A DNA stretch of 12,082 nucleotides from Candidatus Zixiibacteriota bacterium (GTDB lineage Bacteria; Zixibacteria; MSB-5A5; UBA10806; 4484-95): contig JAOZPT010000057.1 of the NCBI GenBank assembly GCA_029932605.1, forward strand, positions 1,693-13,774, written 5' to 3'. Below the pieces are notes generated by a model. The model was not told where the DNA came from, ran no database searches, and saw only the letters and a program-made list of their open reading frames with translations. Every line of letters starts with the position of its first letter. Positions within the stretch are counted from its first letter, which is position 1. Below are positions 1-8,101 of the stretch, piece after piece. A program made the position numbers and the translations under genes.

Positions 1-56
1 AACTTTTTCCTGATGGAAATTTAGCCGGGTGTTAAACAAAACCCTACATTAATCGC

Positions 57-84
57 TTGACCATACAGCTATCATTGATATTAT
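57..84 (+). promoter_or_regulatory. Putative sigma70 promoter for pruA
   Basis: TTGACC (57-62), 16-nt spacer, TATTAT (79-84) preceded by TGn (extended -10). Lies within a 9-bp tandem repeat ATTGATATT (74-95). Confidence 0.45.
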
Positions 85-169
85 TGATATTATTGTTAAG
101 TTGTGTTTTTGACACACAGATATGTGAAGAAGATGGGTTTAAAAATTTTTCGATACCAGGAGGAAAAAA

Positions 170-1789
170 ATGGGGAATTTCAGGGTTCCATATCCAAAGA
201 ATGAACCGGTTTACTCGTATGCTCCCGGCACTCCCGAGAGAGCGAAAATCGAGCAGGCTCTTCAAAAACTAAAGAATACGCAGATCGAGGTGCCGATGTT
301 GATTGGCGGCAAGGAGGTTGAGACTCCCACTAAAGTAAAAATGAGGGCACCTCACGACCATAAGCATGTTCTTGGACATTATTATAAGGGCGGTAAAAGC
401 GAGGTCGAGGCGGCTGTATCAGCGGCCTTGAGGGCTAAGCCCTCCTGGGAAAAAATGGCCTGGGAGGACAGGGCTTCAATCTTCTTAAAAGCCGCCGACC
501 TTATCTCCGGACCTTACCGATACGAATTCAACGCTGCCTGTATGCTGGCCCACAGCAAAAATATATTCCAGGCGGAAATCGATGCCGTCTGCGAGCTCGT
601 CGATTTCTTCCGCTTCAACGTCTATTATGCCCAGCAGATTTACGATATTCAACCCGATAACCAGCCTGCTATATGGAACCGGGTCGATTATCGGCCACTC
701 GAGGGGTTTGTTTTTGCCGTAACCCCCTTTAATTTCGTCTCTATTGCCGGCAATCTACCGACATCGCCAGCCATTATGGGCAATACCGTCGTCTGGAAAC
801 CAGCCTCAAGTGTAGTTTACACCGCTCATTTCATTATGAAGATCCTCAAGGAGGCAGGCCTCCCTGATGGTGTTATCAACATGGTCACCGCCCGGGGAAG
901 CGATATTGGCGAGTTGATACTTAAAAACGAAAACCTAGCCGGCATTCATTTTACCGGCAGCACCGATACATTCCAGACCATGTGGCGGACTGTTGGCGAA
1001 AACATTAAAAACTACAAATCATACCCCCGGATCGTAGGCGAGACCGGTGGCAAGGATTTCATATTCGTTCACAATTCAGCAGGCATAGAGGAAACAGCTA
1101 CCGCCATAACCCGTGGCGCCTTCGAATATCAGGGGCAGAAGTGTTCAGCAGCCTCGAGAGTTTATATGCCGGAATCGCTCTGGCCAGAGATAAAGGATGT
1201 GTTGGTTAGGCAAGCTTTAGAGATGAAAATAGGCGAACCGGATGACTTTTCCAACTTCATTAACGCTATTATCGATAAAAACGCCTTCGATTCTATCAAA
1301 TCCTACATAGATTACGCAAAAAGCTCGGATAACGCAGAAATCATTTTCGGTGGCAATTGCGACGATTCGAAGGGTTACTTTATCGAGCCGACGTTGGTCG
1401 TTACCACCGACCCTCACTATAGACTTATGGAGGAGGAGATATTCGGTCCGGTGGTGACCGTTTATGTATATAAAGATGAAGATTACGAAAAGACACTGTC
1501 GCTTTGCGATGAAACCTCGCCCTATGCCTTGACCGGTTCCATATTTGGAAAAGATAGAACGGCCATAGCCAAAGCTTCACAGATATTGCGTAATGCCGCG
1601 GGTAATTTCTATATAAACGACAAACCAACCGGTGCGGTTGTTGGGCAACAGCCTTTTGGCGGTTCACGTGCCTCCGGCACAAACGACAAAGCCGGCAGCA
1701 TGCTAAACCTCATACGCTGGACTTCACCAAGAGCCATCAAGGAGAGTTTCCTGCCACCGAAGGATTATAAGTATCCGTTTATGGGGTAA
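170..1789 (+). CDS. pruA: L-glutamate gamma-semialdehyde (1-pyrroline-5-carboxylate) dehydrogenase, monofunctional
   Basis: 539 aa with ALDH-superfamily motifs typical of P5CDH: PFNF, WKP, FTGS, GETGGKD (catalytic Glu), EYQGQKCSA (catalytic Cys), EEIFGP, GQQPFGGSRASGTNDKAG. RBS AGGAGG at 158-163. Confidence 0.95.
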   Translation: MGNFRVPYPKNEPVYSYAPGTPERAKIEQALQKLKNTQIEVPMLIGGKEVETPTKVKMRAPHDHKHVLGHYYKGGKSEVEAAVSAALRAKPSWEKMAWEDRASIFLKAADLISGPYRYEFNAACMLAHSKNIFQAEIDAVCELVDFFRFNVYYAQQIYDIQPDNQPAIWNRVDYRPLEGFVFAVTPFNFVSIAGNLPTSPAIMGNTVVWKPASSVVYTAHFIMKILKEAGLPDGVINMVTARGSDIGELILKNENLAGIHFTGSTDTFQTMWRTVGENIKNYKSYPRIVGETGGKDFIFVHNSAGIEETATAITRGAFEYQGQKCSAASRVYMPESLWPEIKDVLVRQALEMKIGEPDDFSNFINAIIDKNAFDSIKSYIDYAKSSDNAEIIFGGNCDDSKGYFIEPTLVVTTDPHYRLMEEEIFGPVVTVYVYKDEDYEKTLSLCDETSPYALTGSIFGKDRTAIAKASQILRNAAGNFYINDKPTGAVVGQQPFGGSRASGTNDKAGSMLNLIRWTSPRAIKESFLPPKDYKYPFMG

Positions 1790-1803
1790 TGGGAAAATAG
1801 TTG

Positions 1804-1881
1804 GGTCAGGTCGTAGGTCTTATGACCGTGACCTGACCTGAAAGAATCGTCAGGTCACACCCTAACGGCCACGACCTGACG
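1804..1881. repeat. Inverted doublet of REP-like imperfect palindromes (GTCAGGTCGT-N12/13-GTGACCTGAC), BIME/REPIN-like; may also act as a terminator
   Basis: Copy 1 on + strand (1804-1838): GGTCAGGTCGT aggtcttatgacc GTGACCTGACC. Copy 2 on - strand (1881-1848): CGTCAGGTCGT ggccgttagggt GTGACCTGACG. Starts 15 nt after the pruA stop, between convergent genes. Confidence 0.7.
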
Positions 1882-1904
1882 AAAAATAAAAAAGTAATTC
1901 AATT

Positions 1905-1935
1905 ATCGGGTTTCTCTTTTTTGCCCCAACCCGAT
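1905..1935 (-). terminator. Possible stem-loop terminator after the PspC-domain gene
   Basis: 8-bp inverted repeat ATCGGGTT (1905-1912) / AACCCGAT (1928-1935) just past the stop at 1949. The 15-nt loop is large and the T-run (1882-1893 on - strand) is not adjacent, so the call is weak. Confidence 0.3.
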
Positions 1936-1948
1936 TAATATATATTCC

Positions 1949-2161
1949 TTACTTTGTTTCCTCAACTACCTTCACCGCGGGCTGTTCGGGCACAATAATC
2001 CAGGCTAAGATGTAAGCGATTATTCCGCTGCCAACCGCTAAAACCAAAGCTACCCATACAAGACGGATTATGGTGGAATCGATATCGAAATACTCTCCAA
2101 AACCGCCGCATACTCCAGCTATCTTTTTGTCATTAACCGACCTGTATAACTTCTTTGCCAT
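1949..2161 (-). CDS. PspC domain-containing membrane protein
   Basis: [35 protein letters not shown] followed by a hydrophobic segment ending [10 protein letters not shown] is the PspC-domain signature. RBS AAGGAGG (2173-2167). Confidence 0.93.
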   Translation of the reverse strand: MAKKLYRSVNDKKIAGVCGGFGEYFDIDSTIIRLVWVALVLAVGSGIIAYILAWIIVPEQPAVKVVEETK

Positions 2162-2199
2162 TGTCGCCTCCTTCTATATAACGATAACTTTTAATACGG

Positions 2200-2228
2200 A
2201 AAATATTCAAATAAGGTTTCGTGGTCAA
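2200..2228 (-). promoter_or_regulatory. Putative sigma70 promoter for the PspC-domain gene
   Basis: On - strand: TTGACC (2228-2223), 17-nt spacer, TATTTT (2205-2200). Confidence 0.4.
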
Positions 2229-2319
2229 CAGATGTCTTTATCTGCCCCTTTATTGCTCCATATTCAGTTGTAGACAGCTATATTTTTCGTCAGTTTTCTT
2301 TCGTTTACCGCAGCCAGAC

Positions 2320-3144
2320 CTACTTGCTTTTTCTGATAACCAGCATGGTCATCTCGTTATCCCATATAATATCATACGTATTTTCAAAATGCCTTTTAAT
2401 ATTATCCTGAAATCCCTCTAAGGCCCTTTCAAATTCCTCGGGCTCATAATGCAGATAAAATGTTGAATAATGGTTATGCCCAGCCTGTGTTACAAGCTCT
2501 TCCAAACTGGATTTGCGCCTGTAATGGAAATACTCAACGGACTCTAATTTCAATGCCATGATATCATTTAATATATTTTCGATTTCTTCTAATTCATACA
2601 GCAATGTCTCTTTTTCATGAAAGCCCGGGAAATATTTCCCCCAGATGCTTCTTTTATTTTGGGAGCGCAACCGGGTGTATATGAATAGGTATCCATTATT
2701 TTTTAAACAACAAGAAACTTTGTCTAAGAAGTCTGAAAGGACAAAGTGATGTATAGCGTTAAATGTAACCATACAATCTAAGCTATTATCAGGCAACGGC
2801 AATTTCTCTGCAGGTGATTTAATGACTTTGAATCTCGATATATTATGTTTTTCCATATTTTCTACAAGAGCATCCAGCATGCGTTCGTTGGTATCGATAC
2901 ATGTAAGATTCAGCTTATCTCCAAGGCACCTGAAAAGCTCAATGTCATACCTTCCCGTTCCACAACCGATATCAGCCATTTCTATTTTTTTAAGATTCTT
3001 AAGCTTATTTTTAATAAACGTAATTGGGGCGGTGTCAGTAATCCTTAAATCGTTATACCTTCTGGCAATTTTTGAAAAATGTGTATGGGCTTTTTTTATA
3101 TCATATCCTCTATTTTCGGCTAATCTTTCATCGCTATTTTCCAT
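2320..3144 (-). CDS. Class I SAM-dependent methyltransferase, substrate unknown
   Basis: 274 aa. Motif I ADIGCGTG, post-I CID, AEKLPLPDNSLD, motif FNAIHHF, and LKNNGYLFI. Confidence 0.9.
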   Translation of the reverse strand: MENSDERLAENRGYDIKKAHTHFSKIARRYNDLRITDTAPITFIKNKLKNLKKIEMADIGCGTGRYDIELFRCLGDKLNLTCIDTNERMLDALVENMEKHNISRFKVIKSPAEKLPLPDNSLDCMVTFNAIHHFVLSDFLDKVSCCLKNNGYLFIYTRLRSQNKRSIWGKYFPGFHEKETLLYELEEIENILNDIMALKLESVEYFHYRRKSSLEELVTQAGHNHYSTFYLHYEPEEFERALEGFQDNIKRHFENTYDIIWDNEMTMLVIRKSK

Positions 3145-3511
3145 ATCCTATTATTCGATACCGTTTAAATTGTTTAAAATTCAAAATGGTTTGCCAAACT
3201 AAAAGTTCATCAACTAAATGAACTGAGGGAAGACCAAGAGTATAGTTGAACTTAGGACGAATAAGCCTGCGATGACACTTAGGCATTCCCTCGTTGTGGA
3301 TATCATAAAACCAGGAGGCTAATGAAGGTTTAAAAACGTATTTCACTTCTATCCCCGTTCATTCATCAAGCGATTCGACAAGATATAAAGGGGCTTATAA
3401 TCCCTTGTATACCGATAAAAAAATATACAAAATAGAAATCATTAAACAAACATTTTTTTTCAATTTACCAACAAAACCGCCAAACCTCAATATCTGTATC
3501 ACCAAATATCT

Positions 3512-3552
3512 TTGACTTGGTCTTTTAAGCGATTATATTTATTCTGAAGGAG
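3512..3552 (+). promoter_or_regulatory. Putative sigma70 promoter and RBS of the tatD-rsmA operon
   Basis: TTGACT (3512-3517), 16-nt spacer, TATATT (3534-3539). AAGGAG (3547-3552) lies 5 nt before ATG 3558. Confidence 0.55.
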
Positions 3553-3557
3553 TAACG

Positions 3558-4910
3558 ATGATAGACACTCATGCCCACCTTGATTTTTCGCAGTTTGATA
3601 AAGATCGCGATGAGGTCATATCCACATGCAAAAAAAATGGTGTGCAGTTTATAATCAATATTGGGGTTGATTTAAAATCATCATTGGCGGGTATCAAATT
3701 GGCCGAGAAATACGACTTCATTTACGCCACCGTCGGTTTTCATCCTCATGATGCTAAAAATCTTACCGATTCCGCTTTTGACGAATTGCAAAAACTGGCT
3801 ACACATCCCAAGGTAGTGGGCATCGGCGAAATCGGCCTTGATTTCTACAGAAATCTCTCGCCTGTAAAACTTCAGGAAAAAGCTTTCATCAAACAGCTCG
3901 ATTTGGCCAAAAAATTAAACCTTCCGGTTGTATTACATATCCGCAAAGCTCTCGACCAGGCTTATGAAATACTCCATCGTAGAGGCCATGGTCAGGGTAT
4001 ACTCCACGCCTTCCCAGGTGATAAATCCTATGCCATAGAGGGCATCGATATGGGTTACTATATCGCCTTTGGAGGACCGATAACCTATCCTAACTCAAGA
4101 GGACCGGCAGTGGCCGGCTCTATACCGATTTCACGAATACTCACCGAAACTGATTGTCCATACCTTCCTCCGCAGAAATATCGCGGAAAACGCAATCAGC
4201 CAGATTATGTCAGATATGTAATAGAAAAATTGGTCGAGGTTTTTCCAAAATATATTTTTGAGGATATACGGAGGATAACTATAAAGAACGCTGGACGGGT
4301 TTTTAATATTCCCGTTGATGACACCCCGATGTTAGTTTATAAAATAGGCAAGAGTCTTTATATCAATCTAACCGGTCGGTGCACCAATAACTGTTATTTC
4401 TGTCCTAAAAATCATGGTTTTCACGTTGCCGGACACAACCTGAAATTAAACAGAGAACCTGATGAGAAAGAGATTTTACAAAAGATGTCCGAACAGGATA
4501 ACTATAATGAAATAGTCTTCTGTGGCCTTGGCGAGCCGACATTGAGAGCCGATTTAATGCTTTCGCTGGCGAAATCCCTAAAAGAAAAAAAGACACCGAT
4601 CAGGTTAAATACAAATGGTCAGGGCAACCTAATAAATAAAACAGACCTTTCCAAAAAGATGGCGGGGCTTATTGATATTGTTAATGTAAGTCTTAACGCC
4701 CACGACGAAAAAACCTATAATGGTATATGCCAACCTCAGTTTGGTGAAAAAGTTTTTGATAAAGTTATCGATTTTGCTAGACGATGTAAGCAGATGGGAA
4801 TTAACACTATTTTCAGCGTTGTCGATATACCAGAGATCGAAATCGAAGCCTGTAAAAAGATCGCAGATAACATCGGTATCCCTCTTCGGGTAAGGAAATA
4901 TGCTCCGTGA
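3558..4910 (+). CDS. tatD: TatD-family metal-dependent nuclease fused to a C-terminal TatD-associated radical SAM domain
   Basis: N-terminal ~255 aa has the TatD motifs DTHAH, GFHPH, GEIGLD, LH, HAF and ETDCPYL. The C-terminal ~190 aa has LYINLTGR-CTNNCYFC (CxxxCxxC at 4380-4403), EIVFCGLGEP, RLNTNG and VSLNA. Confidence 0.92.
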   Translation: MIDTHAHLDFSQFDKDRDEVISTCKKNGVQFIINIGVDLKSSLAGIKLAEKYDFIYATVGFHPHDAKNLTDSAFDELQKLATHPKVVGIGEIGLDFYRNLSPVKLQEKAFIKQLDLAKKLNLPVVLHIRKALDQAYEILHRRGHGQGILHAFPGDKSYAIEGIDMGYYIAFGGPITYPNSRGPAVAGSIPISRILTETDCPYLPPQKYRGKRNQPDYVRYVIEKLVEVFPKYIFEDIRRITIKNAGRVFNIPVDDTPMLVYKIGKSLYINLTGRCTNNCYFCPKNHGFHVAGHNLKLNREPDEKEILQKMSEQDNYNEIVFCGLGEPTLRADLMLSLAKSLKEKKTPIRLNTNGQGNLINKTDLSKKMAGLIDIVNVSLNAHDEKTYNGICQPQFGEKVFDKVIDFARRCKQMGINTIFSVVDIPEIEIEACKKIADNIGIPLRVRKYAP

Positions 4911-5688
4911 TAAGGCGAAAAAGCGGTTAGGTCAGCACTTTTTAATCAATAGAAAAATCGCTGTTCGTATGGTCAATTCTATCAATCCGAAATCGGGTGA
5001 GCAAGTAGTCGAAATCGGTCCCGGTAAGGGAGCACTCACAAGGTTTTTACTGGAAAAAGGGTGCCGTTTGACCGTTGTTGAGTTTGACCGTGATATGATA
5101 TCATTTCTTAAAAAAAAATTCAGCGGATATGAAAATCTCACCATAATAGGCCAGGATTTCCTCAAATTAACGGTCGAGGATTTACCGGTTAAGATGAAAA
5201 TAATTGGTAATATTCCTTATAACATAACTACTGCCATACTGGAAAAACTTCTTGAGTTCAAAGATAACATCCCAGAGGCTGTTTTTACAGTTCAGTCTGA
5301 GGTTGCACAAAGGCTTACAGCCTCCGCCGGCACCAGACAATATGGCTCCTTTAGTCTCATAATGGCGGCTGGCTTTGATATCAAAACATTGTTTCATATT
5401 CCTCCAGCCGCTTTCAAACCATCGCCAGCGGTTGACTCGACCGTTATCAAAATCATCCCTGCAAACCGCCAACCAGAAAATTTTGATGGTTTTAAAAGGT
5501 TTATCCGTGGTTGTTTTAAACAGAAAAGAAAAACTCTTGCTAATTCTATGCGGTTGGGACTGAACATTCCGAAAAAAGTAAGTGAGAACTTAATCGTATC
5601 TTTAGGCAAGGACAAAAATGTAAGGCCTGAACAGCTTACATTTGACGATTATCTAAACCTTTGCAGGTTATGGCGAGATTTAAGATAA
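4900..5688 (+). CDS. rsmA: 16S rRNA (adenine1518/1519-N6)-dimethyltransferase RsmA/KsgA
   Basis: Motifs KKRLGQHFL, VEIGPGKG, VEFD, GNIPYNIT, QSEVAQRL, FKPSPAVDS, FKQKRKTL and RPEQL. RBS AAGGA at 4892-4896. Overlaps the tatD stop. Confidence 0.96.
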   Translation: MLRDKAKKRLGQHFLINRKIAVRMVNSINPKSGEQVVEIGPGKGALTRFLLEKGCRLTVVEFDRDMISFLKKKFSGYENLTIIGQDFLKLTVEDLPVKMKIIGNIPYNITTAILEKLLEFKDNIPEAVFTVQSEVAQRLTASAGTRQYGSFSLIMAAGFDIKTLFHIPPAAFKPSPAVDSTVIKIIPANRQPENFDGFKRFIRGCFKQKRKTLANSMRLGLNIPKKVSENLIVSLGKDKNVRPEQLTFDDYLNLCRLWRDLR

Positions 5689-7499
5689 TAATAGTTGCCT
5701 GTGGGCTTTTCGGGGTCAACCTATGGTTGCATGCTACCAATATAAACCCCTCGGTTCTGGCATTAGATTATTCACAGAGTAATAACACGTACAACTGGGA
5801 TAATAACTTTAATAGAAATTTCGATCTTGGCAGGCTGAAATGCGACTTAGACATTAACGCAAACTCAACTTTGATGAAAAAACCGTTTAAGCGTTGGCAG
5901 GAACATCTCAGGGCAACTTTTAGTGCCGATTATAAGATATCAAGTAACCTTTCAATCGTGCCATATTTGAGTCATACGCGTAACGCCCTTCAACAAAGGA
6001 TCGTCTATACTTCGGATATCAAACTGGCAACACCTTATACCGGTTTCAAGTTACTCAAAATAAACCCCTTTATAGCCAACAAAGCCGTTAAAAATATCGG
6101 TGAGGGCTCGGTGAGAGTTAATAAGGGAATAGGTTATGGAATATCATCGGCATTAAAACCCATCAGACTGCTATATAATGACATCAATATGTCCATTTCA
6201 TATGAAAATTATGATCTTAATAAGATACCTTTTAGTGAGTTCAATGCCAGATTAGGGGGAACCTCTGTATGGGGAAAGTCCGACAGCTTGAAATGGGAAA
6301 TGTGTGATTTCGAGGGCTCGAAAAAATACTATTCTGGCGAGGACCAATTCTATGAAATTATCCGGCAGGTAAAGGTTGAACGTCATGCTAATTGTTATAC
6401 CAGAGTAACCTTACCGGGAGAGCTTGTGGCCAAGCTAAATACCTTCATCAGCTTCTCAAGCTATTATTATAGCCCTAAAAGGGGAATCCCGGCAGTCTCA
6501 CAATATGACAATTACAACGAGGAAGAAACATACAACCTGCAATTTGAAAAAGCCTTATTTAACAAATTAAATATATCCACAGGCTATCGTTGGGAAAAAA
6601 CGGAAGAGGACTATCGAGGTGTAATTCTAGACCAGTGGACAGAGCTGGGCGAACTATCATTAAAAGCAACGGCGGATATCGGTCCAAACGATAGTCTGGC
6701 TCTAAATATCATTGTTGGCGTTACTTCCTATTATGGTCTCCATAGCATAAACAACAACGACCGCGACATGAAAACCAACATATTCAACATTCAATATAAA
6801 CATATTTTCAATCGGTATTTCAGCGGGGAGTTACGAGGTGGATACAGCAACTTCCATCAAATTTATACAAGAAGCATAAATTCTGCCAATAACAATCAGA
6901 ATGAAACCTTCCTTTTGGCCTCAGCCTTTTTATGGAAACCAGGATCCAACATAAACATCAGCCAGGGTTTTGAGATACAGGCGAATTATATCTCCTACGA
7001 CTACGACCGTCAGACCATAAATACCCGCAACCGGATATTTCGTCGTGGGTCATCTTTAACGCAAATAATCTTGAAACTAACGGATAAATTTACCGTTATG
7101 CCGGGTTATATTTACAGATACGAAGATTACGGCAAGCTTTTCTGGGTTGAGGATAACTGGCAACAGGCCACCGGCTGGGACCGACGGTATGATCGGATAG
7201 ATCTGAAGGCAAGTTATCATCTTTTCCCTAATTTTCATTTCGAACCAGAGTATGTTTGGGAACTTAAAAAAGAATTCGACCATGCATACACAAAGGATAA
7301 CCAGCACCCAATAAGTGAAGATATTATTCGAAAAGAAAAAACACGAGACCTTAAACAAACCACAGTCATTACCGTCACCTGGAATTTCAGCCAAACAGAG
7401 TTTATATCCGCAAGCTATAATCGGCGTCTCTGGAAAATCAGGGACAGAGATGAAGATGTAGATGAATTCATCAACGTTTCGGTGAGGTATTTATTTTGA
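5670..7499 (+). CDS. Hypothetical outer-membrane beta-barrel protein (~609 aa)
   Basis: Preferred start is ATG 5670 (the track starts at TTG 5661). Signal peptide MARFKIIIVACGLFGVNLWLHA. Many amphipathic, aromatic-rich beta segments (e.g. LRATFSADYKI, YNLQFEKAL, FNIQYKHIF, IDLKASYHLF). C-terminus INVSVRYLF ends in Phe, as in a BAM beta-signal. Confidence 0.75.
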   Translation: MARFKIIIVACGLFGVNLWLHATNINPSVLALDYSQSNNTYNWDNNFNRNFDLGRLKCDLDINANSTLMKKPFKRWQEHLRATFSADYKISSNLSIVPYLSHTRNALQQRIVYTSDIKLATPYTGFKLLKINPFIANKAVKNIGEGSVRVNKGIGYGISSALKPIRLLYNDINMSISYENYDLNKIPFSEFNARLGGTSVWGKSDSLKWEMCDFEGSKKYYSGEDQFYEIIRQVKVERHANCYTRVTLPGELVAKLNTFISFSSYYYSPKRGIPAVSQYDNYNEEETYNLQFEKALFNKLNISTGYRWEKTEEDYRGVILDQWTELGELSLKATADIGPNDSLALNIIVGVTSYYGLHSINNNDRDMKTNIFNIQYKHIFNRYFSGELRGGYSNFHQIYTRSINSANNNQNETFLLASAFLWKPGSNINISQGFEIQANYISYDYDRQTINTRNRIFRRGSSLTQIILKLTDKFTVMPGYIYRYEDYGKLFWVEDNWQQATGWDRRYDRIDLKASYHLFPNFHFEPEYVWELKKEFDHAYTKDNQHPISEDIIRKEKTRDLKQTTVITVTWNFSQTEFISASYNRRLWKIRDRDEDVDEFINVSVRYLF

Positions 7500-8101
7500 A
7501 ACGCTTACTTCTCATTATATCTATTTTTAGTATCGTCATAGGTGGTTGCATAAAAAACCCGTTTGCCACCCGGAACAGCCAGCAACCGGTTGGTATAACC
7601 GGCACCTGGGAGACTCCTGCTTCCTCTGGAATCGTCATGACGAATCTCATGTTCGCTTACAATGAGAGAATAATCCAGAATTTCCAATCATGTCTGGCAG
7701 ACAATTTTGTTTTCTCCGCTCCCGAGGACTCAATTGAGGCTGAGGCCCAGGGCAACGGTTATATCTATTATGGTTGGAACAAAGAAGTCGAGGTTTCAAC
7801 AACCGAAAACATATTCTCAACTTTCAGCACCGGAGGTAACCATCTCGATCTTATTTTGACAGAATCACCTGATTATCCGGACAGCATTGGTGACACAAGC
7901 GCCGTTTTATACAGAAATTACACTTTGAGGATAATCGAGAGTGATTCAATGAGTACTGACACGATAACAACCGAGGGGTTAGCCACTTTTCGCCTTAGCC
8001 AGACTTTATTTAATTGGTGGAGCATTTATTTCTGGAAGGATCTATCCTGGCCATCAAGTGAAAATAGTTGGGGAGATTTTAAAGCAGATTACAGACGATG
8101 A
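7496..8101 (+). CDS. Hypothetical lipoprotein, probably NTF2/SnoaL-like fold (paralog 1)
   Basis: TTG start overlapping the upstream TGA. Signal MKRLLLIISIFSIVIGG-C (lipobox), then IKNPFA. The pattern AYNE..QNFQSCLADNFVF ... WSIYFWKD resembles NTF2-like proteins (fold call is by eye). Confidence 0.75.
   Translation: MKRLLLIISIFSIVIGGCIKNPFATRNSQQPVGITGTWETPASSGIVMTNLMFAYNERIIQNFQSCLADNFVFSAPEDSIEAEAQGNGYIYYGWNKEVEVSTTENIFSTFSTGGNHLDLILTESPDYPDSIGDTSAVLYRNYTLRIIESDSMSTDTITTEGLATFRLSQTLFNWWSIYFWKDLSWPSSENSWGDFKADYRR

Noticed and set aside
44..272. ORFs 44..265 (-) and 57..272 (+)
   Set aside because: They overlap the pruA promoter and start. The apparent signal peptide of the + ORF arises from the ATTGATATT tandem repeat.
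1804..1881. CRISPR mini-array or integron attC interpretation of the repeats
   Set aside because: Copies are inverted rather than direct, spacers are only 11-13 nt, no cas or integrase gene is present, and no RYYYAAC/GTTRRRY ends frame the element.
3225..3292. tRNA-like element suggested by the 7-bp closing stem
   Set aside because: No cloverleaf, no TTCRA T-loop in the right position and no CCA end.
3313..3333. AGGAGG followed by ATG AAG GTT TAA (mini-ORF MKV)
   Set aside because: SD-to-ATG spacing is only 3 nt and the ORF has three codons; likely chance.
3232..3335. Fragments resembling SAM-I (CAAGAG...GATGA...GGCA), cobalamin (GGGAAG, CCAGGAG) or fluoride (GCTAATGA) riboswitches on the + strand
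   Set aside because: Spacing and required helices or pseudoknots are missing. The orientation is wrong for the methyltransferase and the fragments lie upstream of the predicted tatD promoter.
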